In this document: positions 12,357 through 25,450 of the stretch, one piece after another | Layout: each line of letters begins with the position of its first letter | Numbering within the stretch: position 1 is the first letter of the stretch | Source of the DNA: Octopus bimaculoides | Lineage: Eukaryota | DNA: 64,000 nt | Direction of reading: 5' to 3' | Assembly: GCF_001194135.2 (NCBI RefSeq) | Contig: NC_068989.1 | Location: 90,461,069 to 90,525,068 of the forward strand | The notes under the pieces: model-generated | The model's database searches: none | Seen by the model: only the letters and a program-made list of their open reading frames with translations | What the model was told of the DNA's origin: nothing | Program-made: the position numbers and the translations under genes

Positions 12357-12366
12357 ACCGGAAGTG
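12357..12366. promoter_or_regulatory. ETS/GABPA-type motif ACCGGAAGTG in a CpG-retaining non-repeat region; candidate promoter
   Basis: Exact consensus motif, surrounded by unique sequence that retains CpG. Confidence 0.4.
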
Positions 12367-12675
12367 GCTCGAATTTCTGGGTTTTTCGGTTTCTTGGAGA
12401 CATTCTAAATATACACTTAAAAATATAAAATAAATTATTAAGAGTAAAGAATTGATAGAAATTTCTAAAGCATGGTCTGTTCGATATTTATCAGTCCACT
12501 GAAGATTCCTAGAATCTGTTGTACTGTACCATGTATCCTGTATAATGTCTACAGGAACCTGTGAATTGTGATATTTTAAAGGTTGTTAGGGTGAAAGCTA
12601 TAGGCGCAGGTGTGTCTATGTGGTTAAAAAGCGGTTTTGTTTCCTATTTGGTGACGTCCTGTACCCATACATGCA

Positions 12676-12728
<53 letters not shown>

Positions 12729-14411
12729 NNNNNNNNNNNNNNNNNNNNNNNNNNNNNNNNNNNNNNNNNNNNNNNNNNNNNNNNNNNNNNNNNNNNNNNN
12801 NNNNNNNNNNNNNNNNNNNNNNNNNNNNNNNNNNNNNNNNNNNNNNNNNNNNNNNNNNNNNNNNNNNNNNNNNNNNNNNNNNNNNNNNNNNNNNNNNNNN
12901 NNNNNNNNNNNNNNNNNNNNNNNNNNNNNNNNNNNNNNNNNNNNNNNNNNNNNNNNNNNNNNNNNNNNNNNNNNNNNNNNNNNNNNNNNNNNNNNNNNNN
13001 NNNNNNNNNNNNNNNNNNNNNNNNNNNNNNNNNNNNNNNNNNNNNNNNNNNNNNNNNNNNNNNNNNNNNNNNNNNNNNNNNNNNNNNNNNNNNNNNNNNN
13101 NNNNNNNNNNNNNNNNNNNNNNNNNNNNNNNNNNNNNNNNNNNNNNNNNNNNNNNNNNNNNNNNNNNNNNNNNNNNNNNNNNNNNNNNNNNNNNNNNNNN
13201 NNNNNNNNNNNNNNNNNNNNNNNNNNNNNNNNNNNNNNNNNNNNNNNNNNNNNNNNNNAAATTTCTAAAGCATGGTCTGTTCGATATTTATCAGTCCACT
13301 GAAGATTCCTAGAATCTGTTGTACTGTACCATGTATCCTGTATAATGTCTACAGGAACCTGTGAATTGTGATATTTTAAAGGTTGTTAGGGTGAAAGCTA
13401 TAGGCGCAGGTGTGTCTATGTGGTTAAAAAGCGGTTTTGTTTCCTATTTGGTGACGTCCTGTACCCATACATGCATGTGTGTGTGTGTGTATACATATAA
13501 ATATATTCTTTTCAGCTCTAGGCACAAGGCTCGAAATTTTTGGGGAGGGAGCCTGTTGATTAGATCGACTTCAGTATGCAACTGGTACTTAATTTATCGA
13601 CCTCCGAAAGGATGAAAGGCAAAGTCGACCTCGGCGGCATTTGAACTCGAAATACCACTAAGCATTTCGCCCGGCGTACTAACATTTCTGCCACCTCGCT
13701 GCCTTGTTTGTGTGTGCGTGTGTGTGTATGTATATATATACTGAGACAGTATGGTCGTGGCTGGAAGGCCTTGTTCTGTTGACTCCAAGTTGACCCCCCC
13801 AGCGACCCACCCTCCGTCACATGATAACATCTAAAACATTAACGAGACGGACAGACATGCTTTCTGAAGATGACATTTTCAGCTGACCTCTCAGCATCCG
13901 GTCATTTGATCTTTTCACTTCGAGAAGACGAGGCTTAACCTTTGATGAATAATTAATTGGACAGTCTGCCGCCAGTTGCTTGGTATGGCCAGCTTCTGCT
14001 GCTAGTATGTGTGTGTGTTGATATCGATATGTATATTGTATATTGTCAGTTTAGATATCGTTTGTCACACACATGCACCAAAATGGCATACGTCACACTA
14101 GTTTATGACTGCTTTTCTCTTTCTCTCTCTCTCTCTCTCTCCACACGTACACCTTTGTTTAAATTTTCAAACGCAAATCGATGCTGTGTGTGTTTTGTAT
14201 TCTTTAATGGCTGCAGCTATAAGACTACGTCCCTGCTGGGGCAACACCTTCAAGACTTTTGGTCGATAATATTGACCTCAGCACTCAGTTCAGTCTTATA
14301 CATACATTATCGATCTTTGAAGAATGACTAAGATGGCTTTTTTTTAAATTTTTTTTTTTTTTTACTTTTTGACAAAAAGGGGGATGCAACTCGCCATACC
14401 GGTTTATACTG

Positions 14412-14449
<38 letters not shown>

Positions 14450-16927
14450 GTGACGGTGTTTCGAAGTGTAGAGACGTTTCTCAAATTCCACACAGCATAT
14501 TGGTCAGTGCGACATTAGCTGAAGACACTTGGTCAAGATGTCACGCCGTGGACTTGACACATGGTTCCACAAAGTCGCCAACTGATCTTCTTAAGCATCT
14601 CAGCTGTACTGCCTCTTCTATGGCTGTTTACTTTCTACTTGTTTCAGTCATTGGACTGCGGCCATGCTGGGGCACCGCATTGAAGAGCTTAGTCGAACGA
14701 ATTGACCCCCCCCCCCAGGATTTATTCTATTTCTTAAAATTTGGCATTTATACCAGTGGTCACTTTTGCTGAATTAAGTTTCAGGGACATAAACAAACCA
14801 ACACCGGTTGTCAAGCGAGAGTGGGGATACAAAGACACTCGCAAACATATAAGTACATATCCACACACACACACACACACACACATGACGGGCTTCTACA
14901 TAGTTTCTGTCTATCAAATTTACTTGTAAGGCATTGGTCAGTCCAGAGCTAGAGTAGTAGACACTTGCCCAAGGTACCATGTACTGGGATTGAGGTTTGA
15001 TCATTCATTTAATCTTATGTCTGTTTTGTTTTTCATGTCAGCATGGGTTAGATGAATATATTATTGAGGAATTGGAATTCCTGTTGCAAAGCCAGTGAAC
15101 AAAATATCACAACAATGTCACCTCTTGTAGCTGAGTAATTTTCAGACATTCCATCATTTTTTTAGCATCCAATTTTCCATACTCGCATAGGTAGGACTGA
15201 TTGCATTGAGGCAGATTTTCTGCATCCAAATGGCCAGACATGTTTTCATGGAATGTTGGAAATGTATGACAATTGTTTACAAATATCATATGATGTCAAT
15301 ATAAGAAGACATTTGCTGAAAATGTTACGCAGTAGATTAGAACCTAGAACCATATGATTGTGAAACTACTTCACACAACAACATCTATACCCATTTGCAA
15401 AATGAAAACTAAACGTAATCCTTAGTAAATCTGAAGGTGGGGCTCTAACTGTCCTTCATATGTCCTCCAAGACTGATGGAATTTAATACAATTTATGTTC
15501 AGCTTGCACATCTACGATGTATAAATGTAAATGTATTATCTCTTAAGCCTAAAGTGGGTCCTTTGGGAGCAGGTACTCTTATCTCCTGTTTTAAGGTGTA
15601 GAACATTTGTAACAAATCTCTTCCTTGAGATAAGAGCTAAGTCTGCTGCTAGATAACAGTCCCAGATGATTCCAGTCCCTGTGTAACTGACTGTGAGCTA
15701 ATCTGAGGCACATCAGGTTGAATAAAGCATCTTTCTCTAAAACACAGCGTGAAGCCATTGCCGCAAGTTGCTAATCAATGCCCCCAACCGGATACAAGCC
15801 ATCACCAGTTGATGATTCAAAACAACTCTTGTTGTTGTTTAAACATGGGTCAGTTTTCATCAAGCAGACTTGCCACCAAAGATGCTTCAACTGTGATTAT
15901 CTGATCTTTTATTCAGGCATAGTGTATCTAGAACTACATTATCCAATGTGCCCTGTCCTTTTTTCTTTCTTTTTTACTATTATGATAGGTGCAGGTGAGG
16001 CTGTCAGGTGAGAAGTTTGCTTTCCAATCACATGGTTCCAGGTTCAGTCCCACTGCATGGTGCCTTGGGCAACTGTTGTCTACTATATCCTCAGGCTGAC
16101 CAAAGGCTTGTGAGTGGATATGGTTGGTGGAAACTGAAAGAAGCCTGTCATATGTGTGTGCAAACTAATGATTCTTCCAACTCACTGCTGTAATAATAAT
16201 AGTCTACTATAATAATACTCTTGTGTATTTTTCCGTCACAACATATGAATGAGAAAGGAAAGGGTGATAGACGAATAAGGAAGGCAGGGGGGATGGCAAA
16301 CTTGTAGTGGGATGATGGAAGTTCTATGGTGAAACAAACTGTGAGTGTGTGTGTGCGTGTGTGTGTATATGTAAATGGGAGGCATGTGAATGTTTGTGTG
16401 TGTGTGTGTGTGTGCAATGGAAGTGGGATGGTGAACATTCAATGATGAAAAGAAAGATCAAACAGTGTTTCAACTCTGTGTGAGTATATGTCTGTGTGTG
16501 TGAGTGTGTACAAGGGAAGTATGTGAATGTTTGTGTGTGTGATTATTATGTACCTTATTTTGTACCTTATTTATATATAAAATACTACGATTAGCCATCA
16601 TTTTTGATGTTACGGGGTCAGCTGGTAATAATAATAATCCTTTCTACTGAAGGTACAAGGCCTGAAATTTTCAGGTGAGGAGGGGCTAGTTGATTACACT
16701 GACATCAGTGCTCCACTGATAATAATTCTATTGACCCTGAAATGATGTAGGGTAAAGTTAAGCTTGGAGGAGTTTGAACTCAAAATGGAAAGAGCCTGTG
16801 GAAATGCCATGATGCATAATGTCTGATAAAGACACTGCCAACATAATAATAATAATAAGACCTGCTGTGACCCTAGGGTCAAGAGATGACCTCGGTTCAG
16901 CAGAAGATAACGGACCATATTTTATAA

Positions 16928-16958
<31 letters not shown>

Positions 16959-16984
16959 GTTTCAATTTTTACTGCAAGGGCAGC

Positions 16985-17390
16985 AATTTTGGGGGAGGGG
17001 ATGAGTTGATTATGCTGACCCCAGTGTCCAACTGGTACTTATTTTATCGACCCTGAAAGATCGAAAGGTAAAGTCGACCTTGGCAGAATTTGAACTCAGA
17101 ATGTAGTGACAATTTTGGGAGAGGGGTAAGTCAATTACATTGACCCTCAGTGTTCAACTGGTACTTATTTCATTGACCCTGAAAGAACGAAAGGTAAAGT
17201 CGACCGTGGCAGAATTTGAACTCAGAATGTATTGACAATTTTAGGAGAGGGGTAAGTCAATTACGTTGACCCTCAGTGTTCAACTGGTACTTATTTTATT
17301 GACCCCAAAAGGATGAAAGGCAAAGTCGACCTTGGCGGAATTTGAACTCAGGATGTAGCTAAGCATTTCGTCCAGTGTGCTAATGATTCT
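16985..17390 (-). repeat. Tandem array of about three 125-bp units derived from the SINE family 2 core
   Basis: Units start at 16985, 17110 and 17236, each containing gtacttattt...aaagtcgacc...gaatttgaactcag. Confidence 0.85.
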
Positions 17391-17393
17391 GCC

Positions 17394-17430
<37 letters not shown>

Positions 17431-19631
17431 TAATAATAATAGCTCTTACCATCATCATCTGATAGCACATCAATGTTGTTTAGCCATCAGTCGTCCCTCA
17501 CTGAGCTGATGGCTAGCTATGGGAAACAGGTAGTTTGGTTGAACAACTCAGTGCAAACCAGAGGCTGACAGTGAAATTATAATCACCTCTCTTAATTGTC
17601 TTATGTAATCTGTCTTAATTAACCAAACGGTTGCCGTTCAGCCTGTGTTCGTTGATGATTTTTTTTTTTAATCTGATTTCAGTATGTAAAGATACACTCG
17701 GAAACTAATCAGTCAGAAATTAAACCTCTTAATTGACTTACATTCGTGTATTTGACTGAGAGAAAAACAAATTAAAAAATATACTGAGCTGAAACACTTC
17801 TACAGAGTTAAGGTTTTGAAGCTAAACGTTCTGAGTTCAAATCTGGCTTTGGTTGATTTTGTTTCACCCTTTTATTTTGAGGATAGAAAAGATATAGTCG
17901 AGGTCAACTTAGTCTTTCATCATCATCATCATCATCATATCATTTAATGTCGGTTTTCCATGGGATGGTTTGACAGGAGCTGGCAAGGCTAGGGGCTGCA
18001 CCAGGCCCCATTGTTTTGGCAAGGTTTCTACAGCTGGATGCCTTTCCTAATGCCAACCACTTTACAGAGTGAACTGGGTACGTTTTCCATGGTACCAGCA
18101 CCAGTGCTTTTTACATGCCATCACCAGCACTGACAGGGTCACCAAGTACCTTGCAAAACAAAAAAACCCTCGACTAGAAGTGGGAGTAGTATTGAGGGAG
18201 TGTGGCTTTGAGAGATTTAAGTTCCAGTTAAATGGTGGGGATTGATTCTATGACGAATTTCAGGCTTTTTGTACTCTCTTCAGCACCAGATACCAAGCAA
18301 AGCAACTCTAAACTGACTGGGAGACTTAGCTTCCTCTTTAGAAATAAGTAAAAATTATCTACCAATTGTGCTCTTCGACCACCAAGCTGGAGCAAAAATA
18401 TATGAGCGGAATGTGAAGCAGTTAAAATATATTTGGGACATTTTTGACTTGTAAAAAGGCATATACATACAAAATGGATGTTAAACGATGATGGTGATGA
18501 AAACACTTTATTTAAAATTTTTATTTTATTTTTAAAGTAAAAAAAAAAACTGCTGTTTTGTTTTAGATAATTACTTTAAATGAATTATTTTCTGCATTGG
18601 TAATGCATCTGAAGCCATCTACTAAATTCACTTACAAAACCCTAGTTCTAGGGCTTTAGTTGAAGGTGCTTAAAGTGAGACTCAAATTGAAACTTTGTGG
18701 TTGTGAAGTGAACTTCTTAACTACACAGCCATGCTTAGTTTATTAATGCCTACAGCAACATGAATTAACTATATTTTGGATAGCTTGCTTACCAACCGCA
18801 TGGTTCTGGGTTCAGTTCCACTGTGTGGCACCTTGGGCAAGTGTCTTCTACTATAGCCTCAGGCCTACCAAAGCCTTGTGAGTGGATTTGGTAGACAGAA
18901 ACTGAAAGAAGCCTGTCATATATATATATGTATGTGTGTGTGTGTGTGTGCGTGTGTGTATTTGTGTGTCTGTTGGTCCCCCCCCCCCACATCACTTGAC
19001 AACTGATGTTGGTGTGTTTACATCCCCGCAACTTAGCAGTTCGGTAAAAAAGAGATTGATAGAATAAGTACTAGGCTAACAAAGAATATGTCCTAGGGTC
19101 TATTTGTTCGACGTAAGGTGGTGCCCCAGCATGGCTGCAGTCAAATGACAAACAAATACAAGAATAAAAGAAAGGAATTATAAAAGATGCTACCAATTTT
19201 GATTTGGTTTGATAATCTTGCTTCCTTCAGAATTGTTGCATCCTGACTAGCACCTGCGCTGGTGCCACCTAAAGAGCATCCATGTTGGTTCCATGCATAA
19301 AACACTCGTGCTGGTGCTACATGAAAAATACCCAGTGCACTCTGTAAATGGCTGGCATTGGGAAGGGCATCCAGCTATAGAAACCTTGTCAAAACAGGCA
19401 GTTGGAGCCTGGTGCAGCTCTCTGGCTTGCCAGCTTCTGTCAAACCATCCAACCCATGCCAGCATGGAAAATGGATATTAAATGACGAAGGTGATGAAAA
19501 CACTTTATTTTATATTTTCATTTTATTATATTTTTGAAGTAAAAGAAACACTGTTTTGTCTTAGGTACTTACTTAAAATGAATTGTTTTCTGCATTGGTA
19601 ATGTGTTTGAAGCCAAACCTTGGGAAACCTT

Positions 19632-19735
19632 AGCCCTAAATGGGTTCACTGCTGAGTGCTGCAAGGCAGGAATGAGAGTTAGTGCTGCGAAGACTGAGAC
19701 ATTGGTCCTTTCAAGAAACTCTACCCAGTGCAGTC
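19632..19735 (+). mobile_element. RTE-type LINE reverse-transcriptase fragment
   Basis: Reads GFTAECCKAGMRVSAAKTETLVLSRNSTQC, resembling the G(M/L).IS..KTE.MV segment after RT domain 5. Confidence 0.6.
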
Positions 19736-19758
19736 AGCATGAGACAAGCTGAGAAATC

Positions 19759-20986
19759 TTAACCATTTCAATACCAACCTGGCTGAAACCAATTCTGGCT
19801 CTGAGTACAAATGTCTTGTTTTCATAAGTTCTGAATTAAAATCTTCCACCAACGTTTAGTCACAATTTATGTTCCTAACACCAGTTTAATGATCATCATC
19901 ATCATCATCATCATCGTTTAACGTCTGCTTTCCATGCTAGCATGGGTTGGACGATTTGACTGAGGACTGGTGAAACCGGATGGCAACATCAGGCTCCAGT
20001 CTGATTTGGCAGAGTTTCTACAGCTGGATGCCCTTCCTAACGCCAACCACTCAGAGAGTGTAGTGGGTGCTTTTACGTGTCACCCGCACGAAAACGGCCA
20101 CGCTCGAAATGGTGTCTTTTATGTGCNNNNNNNNNNNNNNNNNNNNNNNNNNNNNNNNNNNNNNNNNNNNNNNNNNNNNNNNNNNNNNNNNNNNNNNNNN
20201 NNNNNNNNNNNNNNNNNNNNNNNNNNNNNNNNNNNNNNNNNNNNNNNNNNNNNNNNNNNNNNNNNNNNNNNNNNNNNNNNNNNNNNNNNNNNNNNNNNNN
20301 NNNNNNNNNNNNNNNNNNNNNNNNNNNNNNNNNNNNNNNNNNNNNNNNNNNNNNNNNNNNNNNNNNNNNNNNNNNNNNNNNNNNNNNNNNNNNNNNNNNN
20401 NNNNNNNNNNNNNNNNNNNNNNNNNNNNNNNNNNNNNNNNNNNNNNNNNNNNNNNNNNNNNNNNNNNNNNNNNNNNNNNNNNNNNNNNNNNNNNNNNNNN
20501 NNNNNNNNNNNNNNNNNNNNNNNNNNNNNNNNNNNNNNNNNNNNNNNNNNNNNNNNNNNNNNNNNNNNATACTTACTCTGACGGGTATTCACATTGACAT
20601 TACACATCCAACGGAGCATACTGGCTTCATTCCTTGCGAGCTTACGTATGTCCTCAGCAGTTACAGCCCATGTTTCACTGCCATGTAGCATGGTTGTTCG
20701 TACGCATGCGTCATACAGTCTGCCTTTTACTCTGAGTGAGAGTCCCTTTGTCGCCAGCAGGGGTAAGAGCTCTCTAAACTTTGCCCAGGCTATTCTTATT
20801 CTAGCAGCTACACTTTCAGCGCACCCACCCCCACTACTAACTTGGTCGCCCAGATAGCGGAAGCTATCGACTACCTCTAGTTTTTCACCCTTAACGGAGT
20901 TATTTTACTAAATTCTTTGTTATATTTAAAATTAATTGGAAGAAACACAGAGCATCTCAACAGAAATGTGGTAACAAAAGGGTTAA
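19759..20986 (-). mobile_element. TTAA (piggyBac-like) MITE split by an RTE insertion; halves at 19759-19893 and 20898-20986
   Basis: Both halves are reverse complements of the intact copy at 53421-53650. Confidence 0.8.
19894..20897 (-). mobile_element. Young 5'-truncated RTE-clade LINE spanning an N gap
   Basis: Open frame EKLEVVDSFRYLG...AWAKFRELLPLL...KGRLYDACVRTTMLHGSETW...MLRWMC right of the gap; 3' UTR and (GAT)n tail left of it. Linkage across the gap is inferred. Confidence 0.88.
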
Positions 20987-21264
20987 CAAATGATTAATTT
21001 AAGCAAACTTCTCAACCACACAATTCTGCATGTGTCTGTAGTCATGCATATTTACCATCCATCACACACACATACACACTGTCTGTCTGTCTCTCTATCA
21101 CAAACTCACATTTGTATAGTTTCTTGCTCTAAATCTTTTCACAATGTTATTAGGAACAACTAGGATAGGCACCTGAACATCTCATTAAATGCATTTCCTG
21201 AAGTAAAAATAAATCAGTGATTGAGATGTGTTTATTTGTATGTGTGTGTATGTGAGTGTGTGTG

Positions 21265-21317
<53 letters not shown>

Positions 21318-21679
21318 ATATATATTTATGTTTATTTTTATGTTGTTCTAATAAAAACAATTTTACATTAATCTGGTGGGGTTATTCCATACCTTTGTAG
21401 AGTACAAGTCGATGTTTATATAAGAATATTGTTGACGATGACTTTGAAGTTTCGATCAGTTAAGCTATCATCAGACTGTAGCCCAGCAATGAGAATATAT
21501 ATATATATATATATATATCCCACCCTTTCCCTATTCTTTTCCTCTCCCCTTCACCGTTCTCTCCCTCTCTCTCTCTCTCTCTCTCACTCTTCCTCCTTGA
21601 CTCTCTCGTTGCTCACATGTGACCAACGGCTATCCATTTTTCTTTCTTCCTCTTCCTTCCTAAAGACAAGACAGGATTT

Positions 21680-21940
21680 GCAGTTGCTTTCGGACAATTC
21701 ATGAAGCACCCATTTTCCAAGTTTAGGAATCTTTCCAAGTTGTTGAAGATGATGATGAACAGTTGTATGGTTAGAACTAAGCTTTATTGCCAATTCTTCA
21801 ACTGATAATGCAGGATTTTCTTCAAGTAATGCCTCAAGGAGCTTATCATCAAACTCAACTGGACGTCCTGTTCGATCTTCATCTTCAAGGCTGAAATCTC
21901 CACTTCTGAATTTTGCAAACCTGAGACTATAGTCTCAGAT
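21680..21940 (-). mobile_element. Tc1/mariner transposase remnant (HTH region)
   Basis: With frame changes reads FSLEDEDRTGRPVEFDDKLLEALLEENPALSVEELAIKLSSNHTTVHHHLQQLGKIPKLGKWVLHELSE. Confidence 0.85.
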
Positions 21941-24065
21941 NNNNNNNNNNNNNNNNNNNNNNNNNNNNNNNNNNNNNNNNNNNNNNNNNNNNNNNNNNNN
22001 NNNNNNNNNNNNNNNNNNNNNNNNNNNNNNNNNNNNNNNNNNNNNNNNNNNNNNNNNNNNNNNNNNNNNNNNNNNNNNNNNNNNNNNNNNNNNNNNNNNN
22101 NNNNNNNNNNNNNNNNNNNNNNNNNNNNNNNNNNNNNNNNNNNNNNNNNNNNNNNNNNNNNNNNNNNNNNNNNNNNNNNNNNNNNNNNNNNNNNNNNNNN
22201 NNNNNNNNNNNNNNNNNNNNNNNNNNNNNNNNNNNGCAATAAGCATCATTCATGCGTGGGTCGTTGCCAGTGCCACTTGACTGGCTCCCCGTGCTGGTGG
22301 CATGTAAAAAGCACCAGCTGAACATGATTGATGCCAACCCTCCCTGCCCCGACTGGCTCCTGTGCCAGTAGTATGTAAAAAACACCATCCAAATGTGGCT
22401 GATGCCAGTGCCGCCTGGCTGGCTCTTGTGCTGGTGGCACGCAATAAGCACCATTCATGTGTGGCGTTAGGAAGGGCATCCAGCTGTAGAAACTCTGCCA
22501 AATCAGATTGGAGCCTGGTGCAGCCTCCTTGCTTGCCAGTCCCCAGTCAAACTGTTTAACCTATGCCAGCATGGAAAATGGACATTAAACGATGATGAGG
22601 ATGATTATGTTAAGGATACATGTATCTGAGATACTCAACCACTTCATGCACTAAGTTGTTGAACTGGTTGCTCAAACAATGGATTCTCATATGCCAAAAT
22701 CTAGGGTGAGGGTCACTGGGTGTGTGTGTGTGTGTCTGTGCATGCGCATGCGGCACAGTTTTAGCTGTGCAGTGAACAAGCTTGCTCCTTCTTCATGAGG
22801 TTTTTTGTTCTCTAGTAGAAGACATTTGCCTAAGGTACTTACCGTGTGGCACCCTAGGCCAGCATCTTCTACTATAGACCTGGGCTGACCAAAGCCTTGT
22901 GAGTGGACTTGAAAGACGGAGACTTAAAGAAGCCTGTTGTATATATATATGTAACGTCATCATTTAATGTCCATTTCCCCTGCTCGCTCGGGTTGGACAG
23001 TTTGATGGGAGCTGACAAGACTGGAAGCTGCACCAGGCTTCACTGCTGCCCTTTGTATACCCCCTCCTCTGCTCACTCACCCTGTCCATTCCTCTCCACC
23101 ACTTCATTTATATTCACCCCACAACTGTACCACAAGAGTATGTCCCAACACATCTCCACCACCATCCCTCTCTGTCTTGTTTCCAACAGGGGTAGCCATG
23201 TAATCTCCACAGTACAACCCCTATCTCTATTTCCTTATTATACGTTCTAACTCTCATCAACTGGCACAAAACCACCTCTTTCAATACTACTCCCCTTCGC
23301 AGTTGAAAGGTCATTGTCTTACAAGGTGACCCCACTGGTGCTTGTGCCATTTGTAAAGCATCCACTACGTTCTGTAAAGTGGTTGGTATTAAGAAGGGCT
23401 GTAGAAACCATGCCAAAGCAGATAACAGAGCCTAGTGTGGTCCTGTCGCTTTGCAGCTCCTGTCAAACCATCTAACCCATGCTAGCATGAAGAAACAAAC
23501 GTTAAAGGATGAAGAAGATGATGATGATGGTGATGGTGGTGGTGATGATATATACACAGGAAAGTAACAGGTAACTCACCACTCATTCATTATGTACCTG
23601 TAAATATTTACTTTAGATCAATAGTACACATGTTGAAACAGAAACTGCCACATGTGTTAATGTGTAAGACACTCCAACCAGTCCGCCCCCCCCCCCCTCC
23701 TTGCCTCATAACTTGTATGCCACTTGTTTCTTTCTCTTACCTCCCTTACCCCCCTTACCTCTCCTATTCAACTTCATTGATTCTGTGAAGCACTTTGTAT
23801 TTACTACTCCCACCGCACCCCTCCTTATCAAACAAATACCTGTGTAGGTAGGAGTCCTCTAGCTTGTCTCTACCTGTCTGTCCTGTTACCTGTGCACACA
23901 CACACACACGTGTGTGTGTGTATGTAGAGTACACACACACTTTCACTTTTATATTCATTTTCACAGTCATACATTTGCACACGTTTCTGTTCAGAGGTGC
24001 AGGTGTGGCACTGTAATAAGAAGCTTGCTTCCCAAACACATGGTTCTGGGTTCAGTCCCACTGCA

Positions 24066-25450
24066 TGGCACTCTCTCTCCCTCCCTTCCTCCCCTCTCTA
24101 TCTTCCCTCTCTCCTTCCTCCCTCTCTCCTTCCTCCCTCTCTCACTCTCACTCTTCCACTTTCCCACTCTTCCTCTCTCCCACTCTTCCCATCTCTCTCT
24201 CCCTCTATCTCCCCTATCTCTCCCTATCTCTCCCTCCCTATCTCCCTATCTCCCTCTCCCCTCCCTCCTCTCCTCTTCCCTCTCCTCTTCCCCTCTTCNN
24301 NNNNNNNNNNNNNNNNNNNNNNNNNNNNNNNNNNNNNNNNNNNNNNNNNNNNNNNNNNNNNNNNNNNNNNNNNNNNNNNNNNNNNNNNNNNNNNNNNNNN
24401 NNNNNNNNNNNNNNNNNNNNNNNNNNNNNNNCTCTCTTACATGTGCGCGCGCGCGCATGTGTGTGTTAGTGTGGTTTTGTCTTGATATTGCTTGATTGTC
24501 AGATGTTTTCATGGCCAGAATGTTATTCTGTCTCTGAAAAACATGTTTAGAAATAGGTAAGTGTTGGTGACAGGAAGAGCATCTGGATGTAGAAAATCCG
24601 CCATAACCCTTTAACACTTAAACTGGTCAGATCTGGCCCAAATGCTTCACCTACTTTGTTTAATCCACTCAGATTTAGGACAGCCCTTTCCAGTTTGTCT
24701 TTGCTTTTTCTTTCTTTTCATTTTTTTTTATGAGGCAATGGGGTTTTATTTGAGACGTGGCTGCTATGTCTAGTAGGTTGAGCAGCCACATAGAGGCACT
24801 GGCAGGTAATGAGTATTAATTGTTCTGTTCTATGAATGCTTGATTAAGTATTAAAGATGGTTTTTCCCATTGTTTCTTGCTTCTCTCTCTCTCTCCTCAT
24901 CCTCCCACTCTCCCTCTCTGATTTTCTCCTCCCCCTCTAACCATTGTTTTCTGTATTTCTCTCTTTATCCCTGTTATCTTAATCTTACAGTATCTGTCAT
25001 TCTTTTCCCCCTCTCCCCCTCTCCCCCTTTAGTGTTGTACTCACCCTAACACTCTATCTCTCACTCATTCTTACTCCCACTTTCACTCTCTCTCTTGTTT
25101 TCTGCTGTTACATTCTCTCTGTTAGTCTTCTCCCCCTGCACCCTCTCTCTCTCCCTCTCTGGCATTCTACCAACCCTACCCCTCTTCTTCCCCTCTTTCA
25201 CTCATTCTTACTGTCTCTATCACTCTTTCCCTCTCCCGCCTCCCTCTCTCCTGTTGCTCACACCCTCTCTCTCTATTGTCACCAATTCACTCTCACTACA
25301 CCTCTCATTCTTTCTCTGCACCCCCCTTTCTTTCTCATACATCCCAATCCCTCTGACTTCCTTCTCTCTTTTACTATTGTCTCCGCTAATTACTTCTCCC
25401 CCCACCTCTTCCTAAATTTCTTCATCCTTCCCCACCTCCCTCACAACTAT
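24066..25450. repeat. CT-rich polypyrimidine low-complexity tracts (about 24066-24298 and 24880-25450)
   Basis: Strongly C/T-biased runs on the + strand. Confidence 0.85.

Noticed and set aside
12459-13492. Identical 230-bp segments on both sides of the N gap
   Set aside because: Exact identity flanking a gap indicates unmerged contig overlap, not a biological duplication.
19950-19985. CTGAGGA-ctggt-GAAAC in the RTE 3' UTR (also about 63891)
   Set aside because: Only 5 nt between the core halves, so there is no stem II, and it is antisense to the LINE.
21436-21480. Minus-strand CTGATGA...GAAAC...GTC hammerhead-like string
   Set aside because: Stem II cannot close on the core without a register shift and stem I does not pair; at best a decayed relic.
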